Source of the DNA: a virus
Taxonomy: Duplodnaviria > Caudoviricetes
Length of the DNA stretch: 64,000 nt
IMG/VR virus record: IMGVR_UViG_3300042691_041259
Location: 64,001 to 128,000 of that record
Reading direction: 5' to 3' (one strand)
Shown here: piece by piece, positions 1 through 9,418 of the stretch
Layout: the number at the start of each line of letters is the position of its first letter
Position numbering within the stretch: position 1 is the stretch's first letter
Position numbers and translations under genes: made by a program
Notes under the pieces: model-generated
Database searches by the model: none
What the model was told of the DNA's origin: nothing
Seen by the model: only the letters and a program-made list of their open reading frames with translations

Positions 1-590
1 TCTGTTTCTGACTGATACGTGAATTCGAAAGTCTTTTCTATTCCTTGGTCTTCTGGGAATCCTACTTGGCATGGAACACGGAAACCTCTAAACTCTACTG
101 AAAATACTTGTGTTTTGTAAAAAGTCTCTAGCACCGATTGCTGTATCTTAAAAGCATCAAGAGAAGTATCCGCTACAATCTTTACATCAAAGTTCATTGA
201 TAGCGGTATTGGATTGATGAATGCGTTATATGTAATAACATCATTGCCAATCTGCTTTACATAATTGCCTCGTACAAATCGGTTAGCCATCATATTGGTG
301 TTGATGGTACTGGAACTGAGAGTAACTATTCCACGAGGTATTGGATCAACATTTCCATCCACCATCTGAGGAGTCATACATTCATTCCACTGAAGAAAAT
401 AGTCCTGTAAAAACCTCTCATCTCCACCAAAGTTATAGTAGAAAGGAACTGTCACCGATTTGATATCGGTATCCGAATAGATGTTTTCATACTGAACTTT
501 ACTATTCAGAAGATTGACTAAACCAACAATCACAGCTCGCGCATGTACATTGTCCGTATTGTACTTATGTAGGTAGTTGGAAGTTGGCAA
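1..590 (-). CDS. Putative T4 gp15-like tail terminator/sheath stabiliser, partial (runs off the window start; not in the ORF track)
   Basis: Manual translation from a TTG at 588-590 is open to base 1 (MPTSNYLHKYNTDNVHARAVIVGLVNLL...NPIPLSMNFDVKIVADTSLDAFKIQQSVLETFY...). A GATATATAG motif lies just upstream. The PLSMNFDV/QQSVLETFY segment resembles gp15-type proteins. Confidence 0.5.
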   Translation of the reverse strand, partial: MPTSNYLHKYNTDNVHARAVIVGLVNLLNSKVQYENIYSDTDIKSVTVPFYYNFGGDERFLQDYFLQWNECMTPQMVDGNVDPIPRGIVTLSSSTINTNMMANRFVRGNYVKQIGNDVITYNAFINPIPLSMNFDVKIVADTSLDAFKIQQSVLETFYKTQVFSVEFRGFRVPCQVGFPEDQGIEKTFEFTYQSET

Positions 591-605
591 AACTTAGTGC
601 TTTTT

Positions 606-614
606 CTATATATC
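606..614 (-). promoter_or_regulatory. Late-type promoter motif GATATATAG
   Basis: Same 9-mer at 8594, 13898, 17965, 38627 and 45255, each shortly upstream of a minus-strand start. Confidence 0.55.
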
Positions 615-2291
615 TTAGCTAACCGGTTCAATACTTAGTTCAGAGAACCCGTTCTTCTTTTCAATTTCCACTCGGTAGTTAAATAGCTCAGTAGGTAAGC
701 TACTATGGTTGATTACAAATGTATGCAGACCTAGTTCTCGAGAAGTATTTGATAGCACTCCTAAAATATGCCAGATTCCATCGGAATCAATAGATGAAAA
801 GATTTCGTCTAGGAAAATGAGGTTCAGTCCATGAAACTTAATTTTCATAATTTTGATCAAGGCAATAAGGACCGCAAAGTCAACCTTCTTTCGCTCGCCC
901 GTGCTTAATTGGTCTACGGAAACATCGTATCCCATGTGCATAATTTTTACGCCAAAGTCTTCTCCAAATGTAACTCGATAGTCTACGTTAAGATCCTTTA
1001 GAACTTTACGGACTTCCTGGTTGAGAACCGGTACGATCCTTTTAATGGCTGACAGCTTTACTCCTCGGTCTCCAAAGACTTCCTCAATTATTTTATAGAA
1101 ATGAGCCTTCTTTTCTTCCTCATCCTTTTTCTTGATAGCTTCTTCTCGCTTACGACCAGAATCCTCAATGATATTTTTAAGGGAGCTGGTTTGTTCATCT
1201 TTTATCAGCTCGTCAGAAAGAGAACCAAGATCTTTTTGTAAAGCCAAAATTTTGGCTCGAGCTGTAGTCTTCTTATTATTAAGATCCGTTTTGATTTCAG
1301 AAATCTTTTTGCCACTTTCGTCAAGCTTCTTTTGAGATTCCCGTATGTCACCAAGTTCTTTTTCAATTTCCACCGACTCTTCCGCAATCTGTTCTAAAAG
1401 ATTTTTGTGGTAGTCAGTATGCAAGTCACTTCCGCAAGTAGGACAGCAGTCATTGTTATACAAGGTTTCTTTCTCTTTCCGGGTCCTCAGTTCATACTGT
1501 TTTTCGGTAAGTTGCTTTCCAATCTCTCTAAGAGAAGCCTTTAAGGTTCCTTCGCGTTCTTCTACCTCAGTCAGCCTAATATCGGCTTCCTTAATATACG
1601 CCTGCACTTTTTGAATGCTTTCAATCAATTGAGTTTTCTTTTCCTCATCGGCAGACTTTAACTTTTCAAAAAGTATCTGCAGCTCATCAGAAGAAGTTTC
1701 AATGGATCTTTCCAAAACCGAAATCTCGGTTTCAACATTGGTGATACTTTCGCGAATTGTTTTGATGTGTTCCTTTACATGCCACCTCATAATTCCAAGC
1801 ATTTCTAGTCCAAAAAGCTTGTCAATAATTAGACGCTTATCGTACGGAGACATTCCCAAGAACGACTTAAAGTCGTTAATTGAGAGCGAAACTATATTGT
1901 TAAAAATGTAGTATGGCATTCCCAGGATCTCTTCCTCAAGAAACTCTTGCACATTTCTCTTCCCTGCCTGGTCATATTCCTTTCCATTGATAGAAACTCG
2001 GAAAAAGTTAGGGGCAAGTCCGCGTTCAATAGAAACTTCAACGCCTGCCATTTTTTCCACTACAATTTTCACATACATATTTCCATTGAAGCGGTTAGGA
2101 ATATCCCGGTTCTTCTTATTATCCAGCTTTCCATAAAGGCCGTACTTGATAACATCGGATATGGTGGATTTGCCAGCGCCATTATGGCCAGTCACTACAT
2201 AAAAGGCTCCTTGGTTTGGATCAAATTGGATTTTTTGTAGTCGGTTCCCGTATGAGCCGAAGTTCTTAAAAGCAATTTCTTTTATTTTCAT
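615..2291 (-). CDS. Rad50/SbcC-like ABC ATPase, recombination endonuclease subunit (T4 gp46-like)
   Basis: Walker A GHNGAGKST, zinc hook CCPTCG in the coiled coil, signature LSTGE, Walker B LIFLDE; adjacent to the Mre11-like gene. Confidence 0.93.
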   Translation of the reverse strand: MKIKEIAFKNFGSYGNRLQKIQFDPNQGAFYVVTGHNGAGKSTISDVIKYGLYGKLDNKKNRDIPNRFNGNMYVKIVVEKMAGVEVSIERGLAPNFFRVSINGKEYDQAGKRNVQEFLEEEILGMPYYIFNNIVSLSINDFKSFLGMSPYDKRLIIDKLFGLEMLGIMRWHVKEHIKTIRESITNVETEISVLERSIETSSDELQILFEKLKSADEEKKTQLIESIQKVQAYIKEADIRLTEVEEREGTLKASLREIGKQLTEKQYELRTRKEKETLYNNDCCPTCGSDLHTDYHKNLLEQIAEESVEIEKELGDIRESQKKLDESGKKISEIKTDLNNKKTTARAKILALQKDLGSLSDELIKDEQTSSLKNIIEDSGRKREEAIKKKDEEEKKAHFYKIIEEVFGDRGVKLSAIKRIVPVLNQEVRKVLKDLNVDYRVTFGEDFGVKIMHMGYDVSVDQLSTGERKKVDFAVLIALIKIMKIKFHGLNLIFLDEIFSSIDSDGIWHILGVLSNTSRELGLHTFVINHSSLPTELFNYRVEIEKKNGFSELSIEPVS

Positions 2292-3373
2292 TCGGTGGTT
2301 CCTTTACTTAGATTTTGAAGTGTTTTGTTGTAAAACTGTGTGGAAGCTTTAAACAACTTTTCTTTTAGAGCATCATTGTATGGCAGAGTTTGGATATGCA
2401 TTTCAATCATTCTCAAGAGATTGATTTCCTCAGTCTCTACCGGCAAGTCTTCATCGTTCTCAGATTCAACCGTGGTTATTACATAGTTAAGTTTACGGTA
2501 ACCGGTAAAAGCCTCGGTAAACATGGAAAACGGAAACCATGAAGCCCAGGTTGCATCCACCATTACATCCACATAGTTATTAAAGAACATTTTCTGCAAG
2601 TCTTCTATTGACTGATCCATGAGCCAAGCCAATTTGTATTTTACAAACTTAGGTGAATGTTCATTAACAAACTGTTGTTCTTCCAGCGTTTCCAAGTCCA
2701 ACAGCCAAACGCTTTTAGTATTTCCGTTATCGCTTCGGGTGAGCTGATATGGAGATCCAAGCATTCGAACATTTTTAAAAGACTGTGCCCAGTGAATGTG
2801 GCCTGAATAAACCTTTTGAAAGTTTTTGAAAGTATCAACATCGTTTCCTTCTTCTACCTTTTGAGTCTTATTGAAGGTGAATCCTCGGATATCCGTGTGA
2901 CAGAATACCAGATCAGCATAGTTCTCTGGGTTATTAAGGACTTCAGATTCTGCTTCATGTCCATCACGCCATGGCATCATTAAAGCAGTGCGCTTTCCGA
3001 ACCGAACCTTTGCAGGCTCTTCAAATACATGTATGTTTGGATTGTTTTTGAAGATCCTTAATGAATTGATTTCATTAGAACTCTTCATAAAGATATCGTG
3101 ATTGCCTATAATCATATAGGTAGGCAATATTGATGCTACGTCTTCAAAAATTGCAATGCCTTTGTTCATTACATATAGGTTAATTGACTGACGAGAGTCA
3201 AATACATCCCCACAATGAACTAATACATCTCCGGGCTGATAGTGTTCTTTCAGTATTGGAATAAAAAAGTCTCGAAAATAAGACTCAATATTGTCCATCC
3301 ACTCTCGAGAATTTGATCTCACACCCAAGTGAGTATCGCTAATCAGCCATATACGTTTTGCATCAATAGTCAT
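2288..3373 (-). CDS. Mre11/SbcD-like metallophosphoesterase nuclease (T4 gp47-like)
   Basis: Motifs SDTHLG, GDVFD, GNHD, CHTD, SGHIH. Likely start at MTIDAKRIWL (3373), not 3424. Confidence 0.92.
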   Translation of the reverse strand: MTIDAKRIWLISDTHLGVRSNSREWMDNIESYFRDFFIPILKEHYQPGDVLVHCGDVFDSRQSINLYVMNKGIAIFEDVASILPTYMIIGNHDIFMKSSNEINSLRIFKNNPNIHVFEEPAKVRFGKRTALMMPWRDGHEAESEVLNNPENYADLVFCHTDIRGFTFNKTQKVEEGNDVDTFKNFQKVYSGHIHWAQSFKNVRMLGSPYQLTRSDNGNTKSVWLLDLETLEEQQFVNEHSPKFVKYKLAWLMDQSIEDLQKMFFNNYVDVMVDATWASWFPFSMFTEAFTGYRKLNYVITTVESENDEDLPVETEEINLLRMIEMHIQTLPYNDALKEKLFKASTQFYNKTLQNLSKGTTE

Positions 3374-3374
3374 A

Positions 3375-3797
3375 TTAGAAAAGTCTGTGTATTTTTTTCT
3401 TTTTGAAAATGCCGTACTCCTCATCCATCTCTTTCAATAAGACTTCTTTATGTTTAACGCTCATTTCTCGGTAAAGAACTTCGTAACCCATTTCCATAAA
3501 GTCGGCTACTGCGATAAACTTTTCCATTAAGCGCATGTCGCGAGTTTTATCCAGTTCAATCTCAAAGTAGTAAAAGATTTTGCAGGAGTCTCCTTTTGGA
3601 ATTTTTCGGTTGGCAACGTATGATTGATAAAACGGAGCAGTTTTGAAAATTTCCAGTAACAATTGCTGCACTTCCATTGAAGTGTACTCATCCATTACAT
3701 CAAAGCTGTCCGGAGTATCAATCCTCATTTTAGGAAACGGCTCATACTCGATTTCTCCTGTATTGTACCGGTTGTTAAAGATTTTGTCTTCTTTCAT
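3375..3797 (-). CDS. Hypothetical protein
   Basis: 140-aa ORF filling the gap between helicase and gp47 with 1-bp spacing on each side. Confidence 0.7.
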   Translation of the reverse strand: MKEDKIFNNRYNTGEIEYEPFPKMRIDTPDSFDVMDEYTSMEVQQLLLEIFKTAPFYQSYVANRKIPKGDSCKIFYYFEIELDKTRDMRLMEKFIAVADFMEMGYEVLYREMSVKHKEVLLKEMDEEYGIFKKKKIHRLF

Positions 3798-3798
3798 G

Positions 3799-5100
3799 TT
3801 ACTCAGTTATTATTTCAGTTGTTGCATCTTCGGTGATGCGCATATAATCGTAATCGATTAAGAATTTCTTTCGGCTATTCTTGTAGCCATCATCACGGTT
3901 TGCCAGAAGCTTTAATGTATATTCCCGGTTTGCGTGCATGATCTCGTCTTGAATGATACCAAACATGGCATCCACCGTATGACCTAATGCAGAAGACTCG
4001 CTAATGTTGGTAATGGAAAGATCCGTTGAGCCAAAGCCTGAGCGGTTTACCTGTGTTGCGGTTACAATTGCCCAGTCGTTTCTCATTGCCATTGCCCTGA
4101 GATCTTCCGCAATCTGCTTGATCTTCATGTACATATTCTCGGAATTTGGATTTCGCCAGTTCTTCAAGATATTTACATAGTCGAGTACAATCAATTTAAA
4201 CTTGATGCCTTTAGTTTCCTCCATTTTCTTTAAGTACTTTTCCACATCGGGAACGCCAGCAGAGGATGTTGGAAATTCTTTTACCCAAAGTTTACCAGGA
4301 ACTTTAAGACTATCATAACCCACATTACCAAGTTTCTTCTTCATGGAAACTTCATCTCTGGACTTATCATTATAGTCACGCATAGAAATTCCCAAAAGGT
4401 TTGCACCTAAACGTTTGATAAGTTTTCGGTCCCGCATCTCAAGAGAGATTACCGCAGTGTTATGACCTTCCCGAACACTATTGGCCGCAAGATTAGCAAG
4501 CCAGATTGACTTACCGATTTTCATTTCACCAATAAAACAGAATAGTGCTTTAGAATAAAAGCCACCACCAAGAACTAAATCAAGATAGCCATACCCGGTG
4601 GTAAATGTATCCTTTGTTGGCTGTAAGTGAGAATCAGGATTAAAGAAGTCAAGACCTTCGTCAAATCCAAACTCGATAGAGTTTCTTTCGTTAACGATTT
4701 CCTTTACCTTTGATACGATTTCCTTAATGTTTTCTGCCGTTACCTTAGTGGTTTTTAAGTAACTGATTACATCAAAGATAGAAGTGTCCAGGTTCTTATA
4801 CTCAATCCAGGATTCCGTGGTTTCCTTCAGCCATTCTTCCTCGTATTCTGTCAGGTTTACATCAAACAGCGATACTAGATTGGTTTCGGATAGAGTTTCC
4901 TCTAGGCCTTGCATTTTGGCAAGTTCCAATATCTGATGACGAGTCGGAGCGTCGTGATACTTTGTGCAGAATTCCCTGCTCAGTTCATATACCTTTTTGA
5001 TTAAGCCGGATTCAAAAAAGCGTGGATCAACCACGCCTTGAAGTTCACGATTTTGTAAAAGATAATGAAAGAAGATTTTTTCTAGGTGTACGGATGTCAT
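3799..5100 (-). CDS. DnaB-family replicative helicase (T4 gp41-like)
   Basis: Walker A GEMKIGKS, ISLEM, Walker B IVLDYV, TATQVNR, SESSALGHTVD. Start moved to MTSVHLEK (5100) because a promoter motif lies at 5109-5134. Confidence 0.92.
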   Translation of the reverse strand: MTSVHLEKIFFHYLLQNRELQGVVDPRFFESGLIKKVYELSREFCTKYHDAPTRHQILELAKMQGLEETLSETNLVSLFDVNLTEYEEEWLKETTESWIEYKNLDTSIFDVISYLKTTKVTAENIKEIVSKVKEIVNERNSIEFGFDEGLDFFNPDSHLQPTKDTFTTGYGYLDLVLGGGFYSKALFCFIGEMKIGKSIWLANLAANSVREGHNTAVISLEMRDRKLIKRLGANLLGISMRDYNDKSRDEVSMKKKLGNVGYDSLKVPGKLWVKEFPTSSAGVPDVEKYLKKMEETKGIKFKLIVLDYVNILKNWRNPNSENMYMKIKQIAEDLRAMAMRNDWAIVTATQVNRSGFGSTDLSITNISESSALGHTVDAMFGIIQDEIMHANREYTLKLLANRDDGYKNSRKKFLIDYDYMRITEDATTEIITE

Positions 5101-5108
5101 ATAACAAT

Positions 5109-5134
5109 TATATTCACATTTAGGATAAGGTTTC
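5109..5134 (-). promoter_or_regulatory. Bipartite phage promoter motif (AAAC-N15-AATATA)
   Basis: Reads GAAACCTTATCCTAAATGTGAATATA on the minus strand. The same two boxes with 15-nt spacing recur before about ten genes. Confidence 0.65.
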
Positions 5135-5141
5135 AGATGTA

Positions 5142-5426
5142 CTATATCCAAGGATGCTTGGCCACTCGGTAAGCTCCTTCAGTAAATTCTAGCCAGCCTT
5201 CTTTCTGAAGCTTTGGCAAGGAATCTGCCAAATCCTCTTCTTCCAGGCGGGTAGTGACTTCTCTTAAAATGTCTTTTGCAATAAACGGCTCGGTAAGCTT
5301 TTCTCGTTCGCTAAGCACCGTTACAATTTCATACAAAAGATCAATGGTCGATGGGTACCCATCGACCATTTTGTATACCTCAAGCGCGTATTTTGCCTGA
5401 AGCTTGTTTCTATCAATTCTCATCAT
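5142..5426 (-). CDS. Hypothetical protein, possible winged-helix fold
   Basis: 94-aa ORF between uvsX and the helicase; C-terminal LQKEGWLEFTEGAYRV resembles a wHTH wing. Confidence 0.55.
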   Translation of the reverse strand: MMRIDRNKLQAKYALEVYKMVDGYPSTIDLLYEIVTVLSEREKLTEPFIAKDILREVTTRLEEEDLADSLPKLQKEGWLEFTEGAYRVAKHPWI

Positions 5427-6642
5427 CTTGTATCAGATCACTAATTTCTTCGTTCTCGATATCTCCAAGCGATGCTATATTTGGCAGCTTAAACATATTT
5501 TGAATGAACGTTTCATCAAGTTGTTTTAACAGCTCCTTAGTAAATACTTTTGCTGTGAAGAGTTCTTGTGGCTTAATTACATCGAATAGGTGAGCAACCG
5601 CAATAGTTCTTGAAGTTTCTTTTGCTTCCAAGTAAAACTTATCCTCAGTGCCATCCTCATTCTTGCGAATAATCTCAGTAGCTTTTACTTCGGCATGCTT
5701 TGGATTGTCTTCTTTGTAATACTTCAGGAAGTCCTTTTCCGCAAGCAGCTTTCCTCTTTGGATTCCACAGTTTTCCCAGCTTAAAAATTGCTCCAGTCCA
5801 ACATAAGGATTCATACCTTTGTAGAAGCTGATGTGAAACTTGATAGGTAATGGACGAGCAAAACGGTTTTTTGCAGGCTTTGAAGTTACAATGATACCAG
5901 TCTTATTGGTTCCATCTTCTTTCAGTCCAGCCTTTGAAAGCTGTAAGATTACTGATGCATTATAGATTGCACCGCCTCCACCTGAAATTGTTTGCCCTGG
6001 AACATATGAACCGATAGTTGCATACGTGTGGTTAGTGAATACAAATGGAATTTTTAATTCTGCCAGGTCAGCTGTGATAACACGGAAGAGAGAACGCAAT
6101 TCCTGCTGCTTGGTCATATCTCGTTTGTCCGAACCGCTGATAGCATCGGAACGCTCTTTTGTAGTTGCCAGGTTACCCAAAGAGTCTAGTACCAACATAA
6201 TTTTTGGAAGCGCCTTTCCACCTTCTTTTGCTTTTTTCAATTGGTCGCATAGGTGAGCAACAAACTGTCGAACTTCAAGTGGAGTACTTACAGGTTGGTA
6301 GCGAAACTTTTCTGGATCCACGCCAAAATTTTGAATTATGTCCTGGTCCACCGCTGCTTCAGAATCGCAGTAAATGATATTGTAATCCATCTCCTGTGCT
6401 TCACGACAGATGTTTAACGCCAAGAAAGTTTTGCCAGTTCCAGACTCGCCAGCCAAGCAGATTGAACGGCTATTTGGAATACCACCAAAAAGAGATCCAC
6501 TCAGCTGAGCATTGAGTAGATAGTTTCCTGTGCTAATCCATTCATCAATTCGTGAGTATGAATTATTTGAAATTACCGATCCTTTAGAGTTGATTTTGGT
6601 CAGTTGTTCGTCGAGTTCGTTGAATGAGAATTCTTTTGCCAT
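5413..6642 (-). CDS. uvsX: RecA-family recombinase (UvsX-like)
   Basis: STGNYLLNAQLSG, Walker A GESGTGKT, DSEAA, VLDSLGNL, FTNHTY, SGGGGAIYNAS. Confidence 0.93.
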   Translation of the reverse strand: MAKEFSFNELDEQLTKINSKGSVISNNSYSRIDEWISTGNYLLNAQLSGSLFGGIPNSRSICLAGESGTGKTFLALNICREAQEMDYNIIYCDSEAAVDQDIIQNFGVDPEKFRYQPVSTPLEVRQFVAHLCDQLKKAKEGGKALPKIMLVLDSLGNLATTKERSDAISGSDKRDMTKQQELRSLFRVITADLAELKIPFVFTNHTYATIGSYVPGQTISGGGGAIYNASVILQLSKAGLKEDGTNKTGIIVTSKPAKNRFARPLPIKFHISFYKGMNPYVGLEQFLSWENCGIQRGKLLAEKDFLKYYKEDNPKHAEVKATEIIRKNEDGTEDKFYLEAKETSRTIAVAHLFDVIKPQELFTAKVFTKELLKQLDETFIQNMFKLPNIASLGDIENEEISDLIQDDEN

Positions 6643-6646
6643 TATT

Positions 6647-6811
6647 TTACTTTATTTTTTTGACTTCCATCAAAATTAGTTCTAGATCAGTTATTACTGA
6701 GTACAATGGGTTTGATGGCTTGTTTTCGTATTCAATTTTTGCTAAGCTAATAGCGGCTGCAATGTTTCTTTCAATTGCATCAAAATTGGTTTCTTCTTTT
6801 TTCTTTGCCAT
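6647..6811 (-). CDS. Small hypothetical protein, 54 aa (below the ORF-track cut-off)
   Basis: Manual translation MAKKKEETNFDAIERNIAAAISLAKIEYENKPSNPLYSVITDLELILMEVKKIK*; exactly fills the polB-C/uvsX gap. Confidence 0.6.
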   Translation of the reverse strand: MAKKKEETNFDAIERNIAAAISLAKIEYENKPSNPLYSVITDLELILMEVKKIK

Positions 6812-6812
6812 A

Positions 6813-7997
6813 TTAGAAGAGCTGTGTTCTTACAATAATTTCAGGTGAGATTGGTGGAAGACCGATTGCTGAAATGAAACGGTTCAGTGGTTCAATCAAT
6901 CCTTTGGAAAACTGTGTGTCGTAATCAACCGGAGGAGCAAGCTCAGCCGGGAAGTTTCCGGGAAGGAACGCAAATACGTTTTCCTCACCGCGTTCTGCTT
7001 TTGCATAATAATACCGCACCTTATCGCCTGAGCGAATGAGCTGGTATTTGCCTTTCCACTTAGAAGTATTCAACAAATAATTATGGTAACCAGCCGCTCG
7101 AACGTGGATTGGACAACCTGAATTGATTACCAATTTCTTTCGATCTTCGGATATTCCTTTTTCATAGTCGCCAACGGCTGAAGAGAACGAAACGTTCTCA
7201 ATGTTTTCCATAATGAATGTTTGCTTTTCCTTCTTTAAGATTTCCGCAAAAGCTTTCAAATTAAGTTTGTTCTTTTCCCGGAAAATGTATTCCAGCATAG
7301 TCTTCATTCGAAGACGAATGAATGAAGGAGTAGACGACTGCGCAATTTCAACGCCTTTTGCTTTAATTTTCTTTTGAGGTTCATAGAAAACTCCAGGATC
7401 TTTCCAACGAATGTCCAATACATACTTTTTCTTACGAAGGAAGATTGCAGAATATGAGATTGTTTCCATCTCAAGATCTTGTATGTTCTCAGTTCCCCAT
7501 AATTCGGCATATCTATCAAATGCTTTTTTAAGGTAGTCCTTTAGTCGATGATTATAGACGCCAAGAACAAAATTAGTTGGATCCTCACCAGCCCAGTCCG
7601 AGCCAAACAGAGGTTCCTGAAAAGAAACGTAAGCCGAATCGGTGTCGCCATAGATTGTGACTTCGCCTTTTACAATTTCGGCTTTCGTAATACCAAGCTT
7701 TTTGTGGAGCTCAGTATCACGATGCCAAAATTCTTGGAAATACCTGTTAATGGTTTTAGATACAAACTTAATAATGTCTTGACCTTGCAGCGTAATGGCT
7801 TCCGCAACTCTTACATTATAGCCTACAAAGTAAGGCGATGCCGTTGCACCATAGATTGAGTTGATGAAGATTTTTATTGCCTGCTCCTCGTTAGTTTTTT
7901 CATTCATTACAAGGCTCAGTCGAGCAATTTCAGCCTGGATTTCTTCTCGCGAAGAAGCCGCTGGATCAATTTTACAATGTTTGTATTCTATCGTCAT
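6813..7997 (-). CDS. Family B DNA polymerase, C-terminal half (motifs B and C, thumb)
   Basis: KIFINSIYG (motif B), YGDTDS (motif C), KKKYV, KGVE; no exonuclease or motif A. Confidence 0.92.
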   Translation of the reverse strand: MTIEYKHCKIDPAASSREEIQAEIARLSLVMNEKTNEEQAIKIFINSIYGATASPYFVGYNVRVAEAITLQGQDIIKFVSKTINRYFQEFWHRDTELHKKLGITKAEIVKGEVTIYGDTDSAYVSFQEPLFGSDWAGEDPTNFVLGVYNHRLKDYLKKAFDRYAELWGTENIQDLEMETISYSAIFLRKKKYVLDIRWKDPGVFYEPQKKIKAKGVEIAQSSTPSFIRLRMKTMLEYIFREKNKLNLKAFAEILKKEKQTFIMENIENVSFSSAVGDYEKGISEDRKKLVINSGCPIHVRAAGYHNYLLNTSKWKGKYQLIRSGDKVRYYYAKAERGEENVFAFLPGNFPAELAPPVDYDTQFSKGLIEPLNRFISAIGLPPISPEIIVRTQLF

Positions 7998-8572
7998 ACT
8001 TTTTTGGCGTGTGTATTACCGTTCATCAATTCTTCTTTTTGTTTTCTAAGGCGTTCCGCCTTTGGATTTTCACGCCAAAATCTTCTAAGTGATTCAGAAC
8101 GTTTTCTTTTGGTGTCTTCACTTTGCTGATGAGATCTGAGAGTTTCAGAGATTTTTGAATTTGTTTCTGGAGTTCTCTTCCATTTTCCATATTTGCCTTT
8201 ACCGCTTTTAGAAAGCGCAGCTTTATGAGATTCCGAAAGAGGCCGGTATTCCCGCTTTTTATCGTGTTTTATTCCAAAAGTTCCATATCCACCACCTAGT
8301 TTTAGATTCATGCACATTGGATCATCTAATACTTCTTGAGTTACTAATTGAGATTCACGCAATTTTAATTTTTCACGGTCATCGCAAAATTCAAGTATTT
8401 CAATTGAAAAATTTTCTCGGCCATGCTTTTTAATAGCTTTTGCTAGTAATGTGCCACTTCCGATATATCCATCATTCAGATTAGACGTGGAATGCATTCC
8501 AATGTAAAACTTTCCGTTTACCTTATTTGTAGTTTTATACACGTAATGATAGGTGTGCGGTTTTCTTGGCAT
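7994..8572 (-). mobile_element. Free-standing GIY-YIG homing endonuclease (Seg-like) with NUMOD3-like repeats
   Basis: YVYKTTNKVNGKFYIGMH, YIGSG, conserved Glu (LRESQ), MNLKLGG; basic repeats SESHKAALSK, TPETNSKISE, SEDTKRKRSE. Overlaps the polB-C start by 4 nt. Confidence 0.88.
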
Positions 8573-8593
8573 TTGATAGTATAGTTATTTTGA

Positions 8594-8602
8594 CTATATA
8601 TC
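8594..8602 (-). promoter_or_regulatory. Late-type promoter motif GATATATAG upstream of the endonuclease
   Basis: Exact match to the recurrent 9-mer, about 20 nt before the ATG. Confidence 0.5.
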
Positions 8603-8625
8603 AAATGCCAAGGAACAAAAAGAGT

Positions 8626-9375
8626 CTACTCCGCTTTTCCGATGATTGTTTTTGTTTCTGTTTCGATTGATGAGAAAACGATACGGTCTCCTGAGAGGTA
8701 TGCAATTGCATCCTCACGATCCAAGAAGCCGAACTGGTTTTTGTAGATCGAAATTGAAACATCATCAGTAGGCTGATCAATATGCATCAGGGAAAGATCA
8801 TAACTGCGACCGGTAACTTTTACCTGGCCTTTGTTTACATCCAGTGTAAGCAACTTGTGGTCGCTATCAATTGTTGAGATGGATGAAATACGCTTCTGAT
8901 GTTCTTTGGTAAGAACAAAGTTGATAGGAGCAGACTCCGTGTTTGAGATACGGTCCATCATTTCGTCAGTGATGTGTGTAAACAAACGAAGACTTGCGCA
9001 TTGGAAGTTGATTTTCAAGCTTGGGCTTGAGAGAACCACCTCAGTACCAATCATGCCATCAGCAGTGTTTTCATACTTCAGGATAAATTCCACATCGGTG
9101 TCAGAAAAATGCTTGAATGCGTCAGTCAATTTGTCAACGCTGAAAATACCAAAAAGAACATTCTGTCCTGTGGCATTAGCAGATTCCATATCAAAAATCT
9201 GACTCATGTCAATTTTTGAAGATTTTACTACGCTACGTTCCGGCGTGTGGGTTTTGGCTTTAAGATAGCCGTTTTCAATTTCGAGAAGCAGTGTGCTCTC
9301 GATTGATGAGAATCGCTTAAGAAAGTTTGTGAACTCAGAAGCTGACTTTACTTTAAATGTGATTTGTTCTGCCAT
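8626..9375 (-). CDS. Sliding clamp (T4 gp45/PCNA-like)
   Basis: 249 aa with a duplicated beta-alpha-beta pattern, located in the replication cluster and preceded by the bipartite promoter at 9395-9420. Confidence 0.65.
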   Translation of the reverse strand: MAEQITFKVKSASEFTNFLKRFSSIESTLLLEIENGYLKAKTHTPERSVVKSSKIDMSQIFDMESANATGQNVLFGIFSVDKLTDAFKHFSDTDVEFILKYENTADGMIGTEVVLSSPSLKINFQCASLRLFTHITDEMMDRISNTESAPINFVLTKEHQKRISSISTIDSDHKLLTLDVNKGQVKVTGRSYDLSLMHIDQPTDDVSISIYKNQFGFLDREDAIAYLSGDRIVFSSIETETKTIIGKAE

Positions 9376-9418
9376 TTTACTTTTTGTTTGATTTTATATT
9401 CAGAAGTTAAACTTAGTT

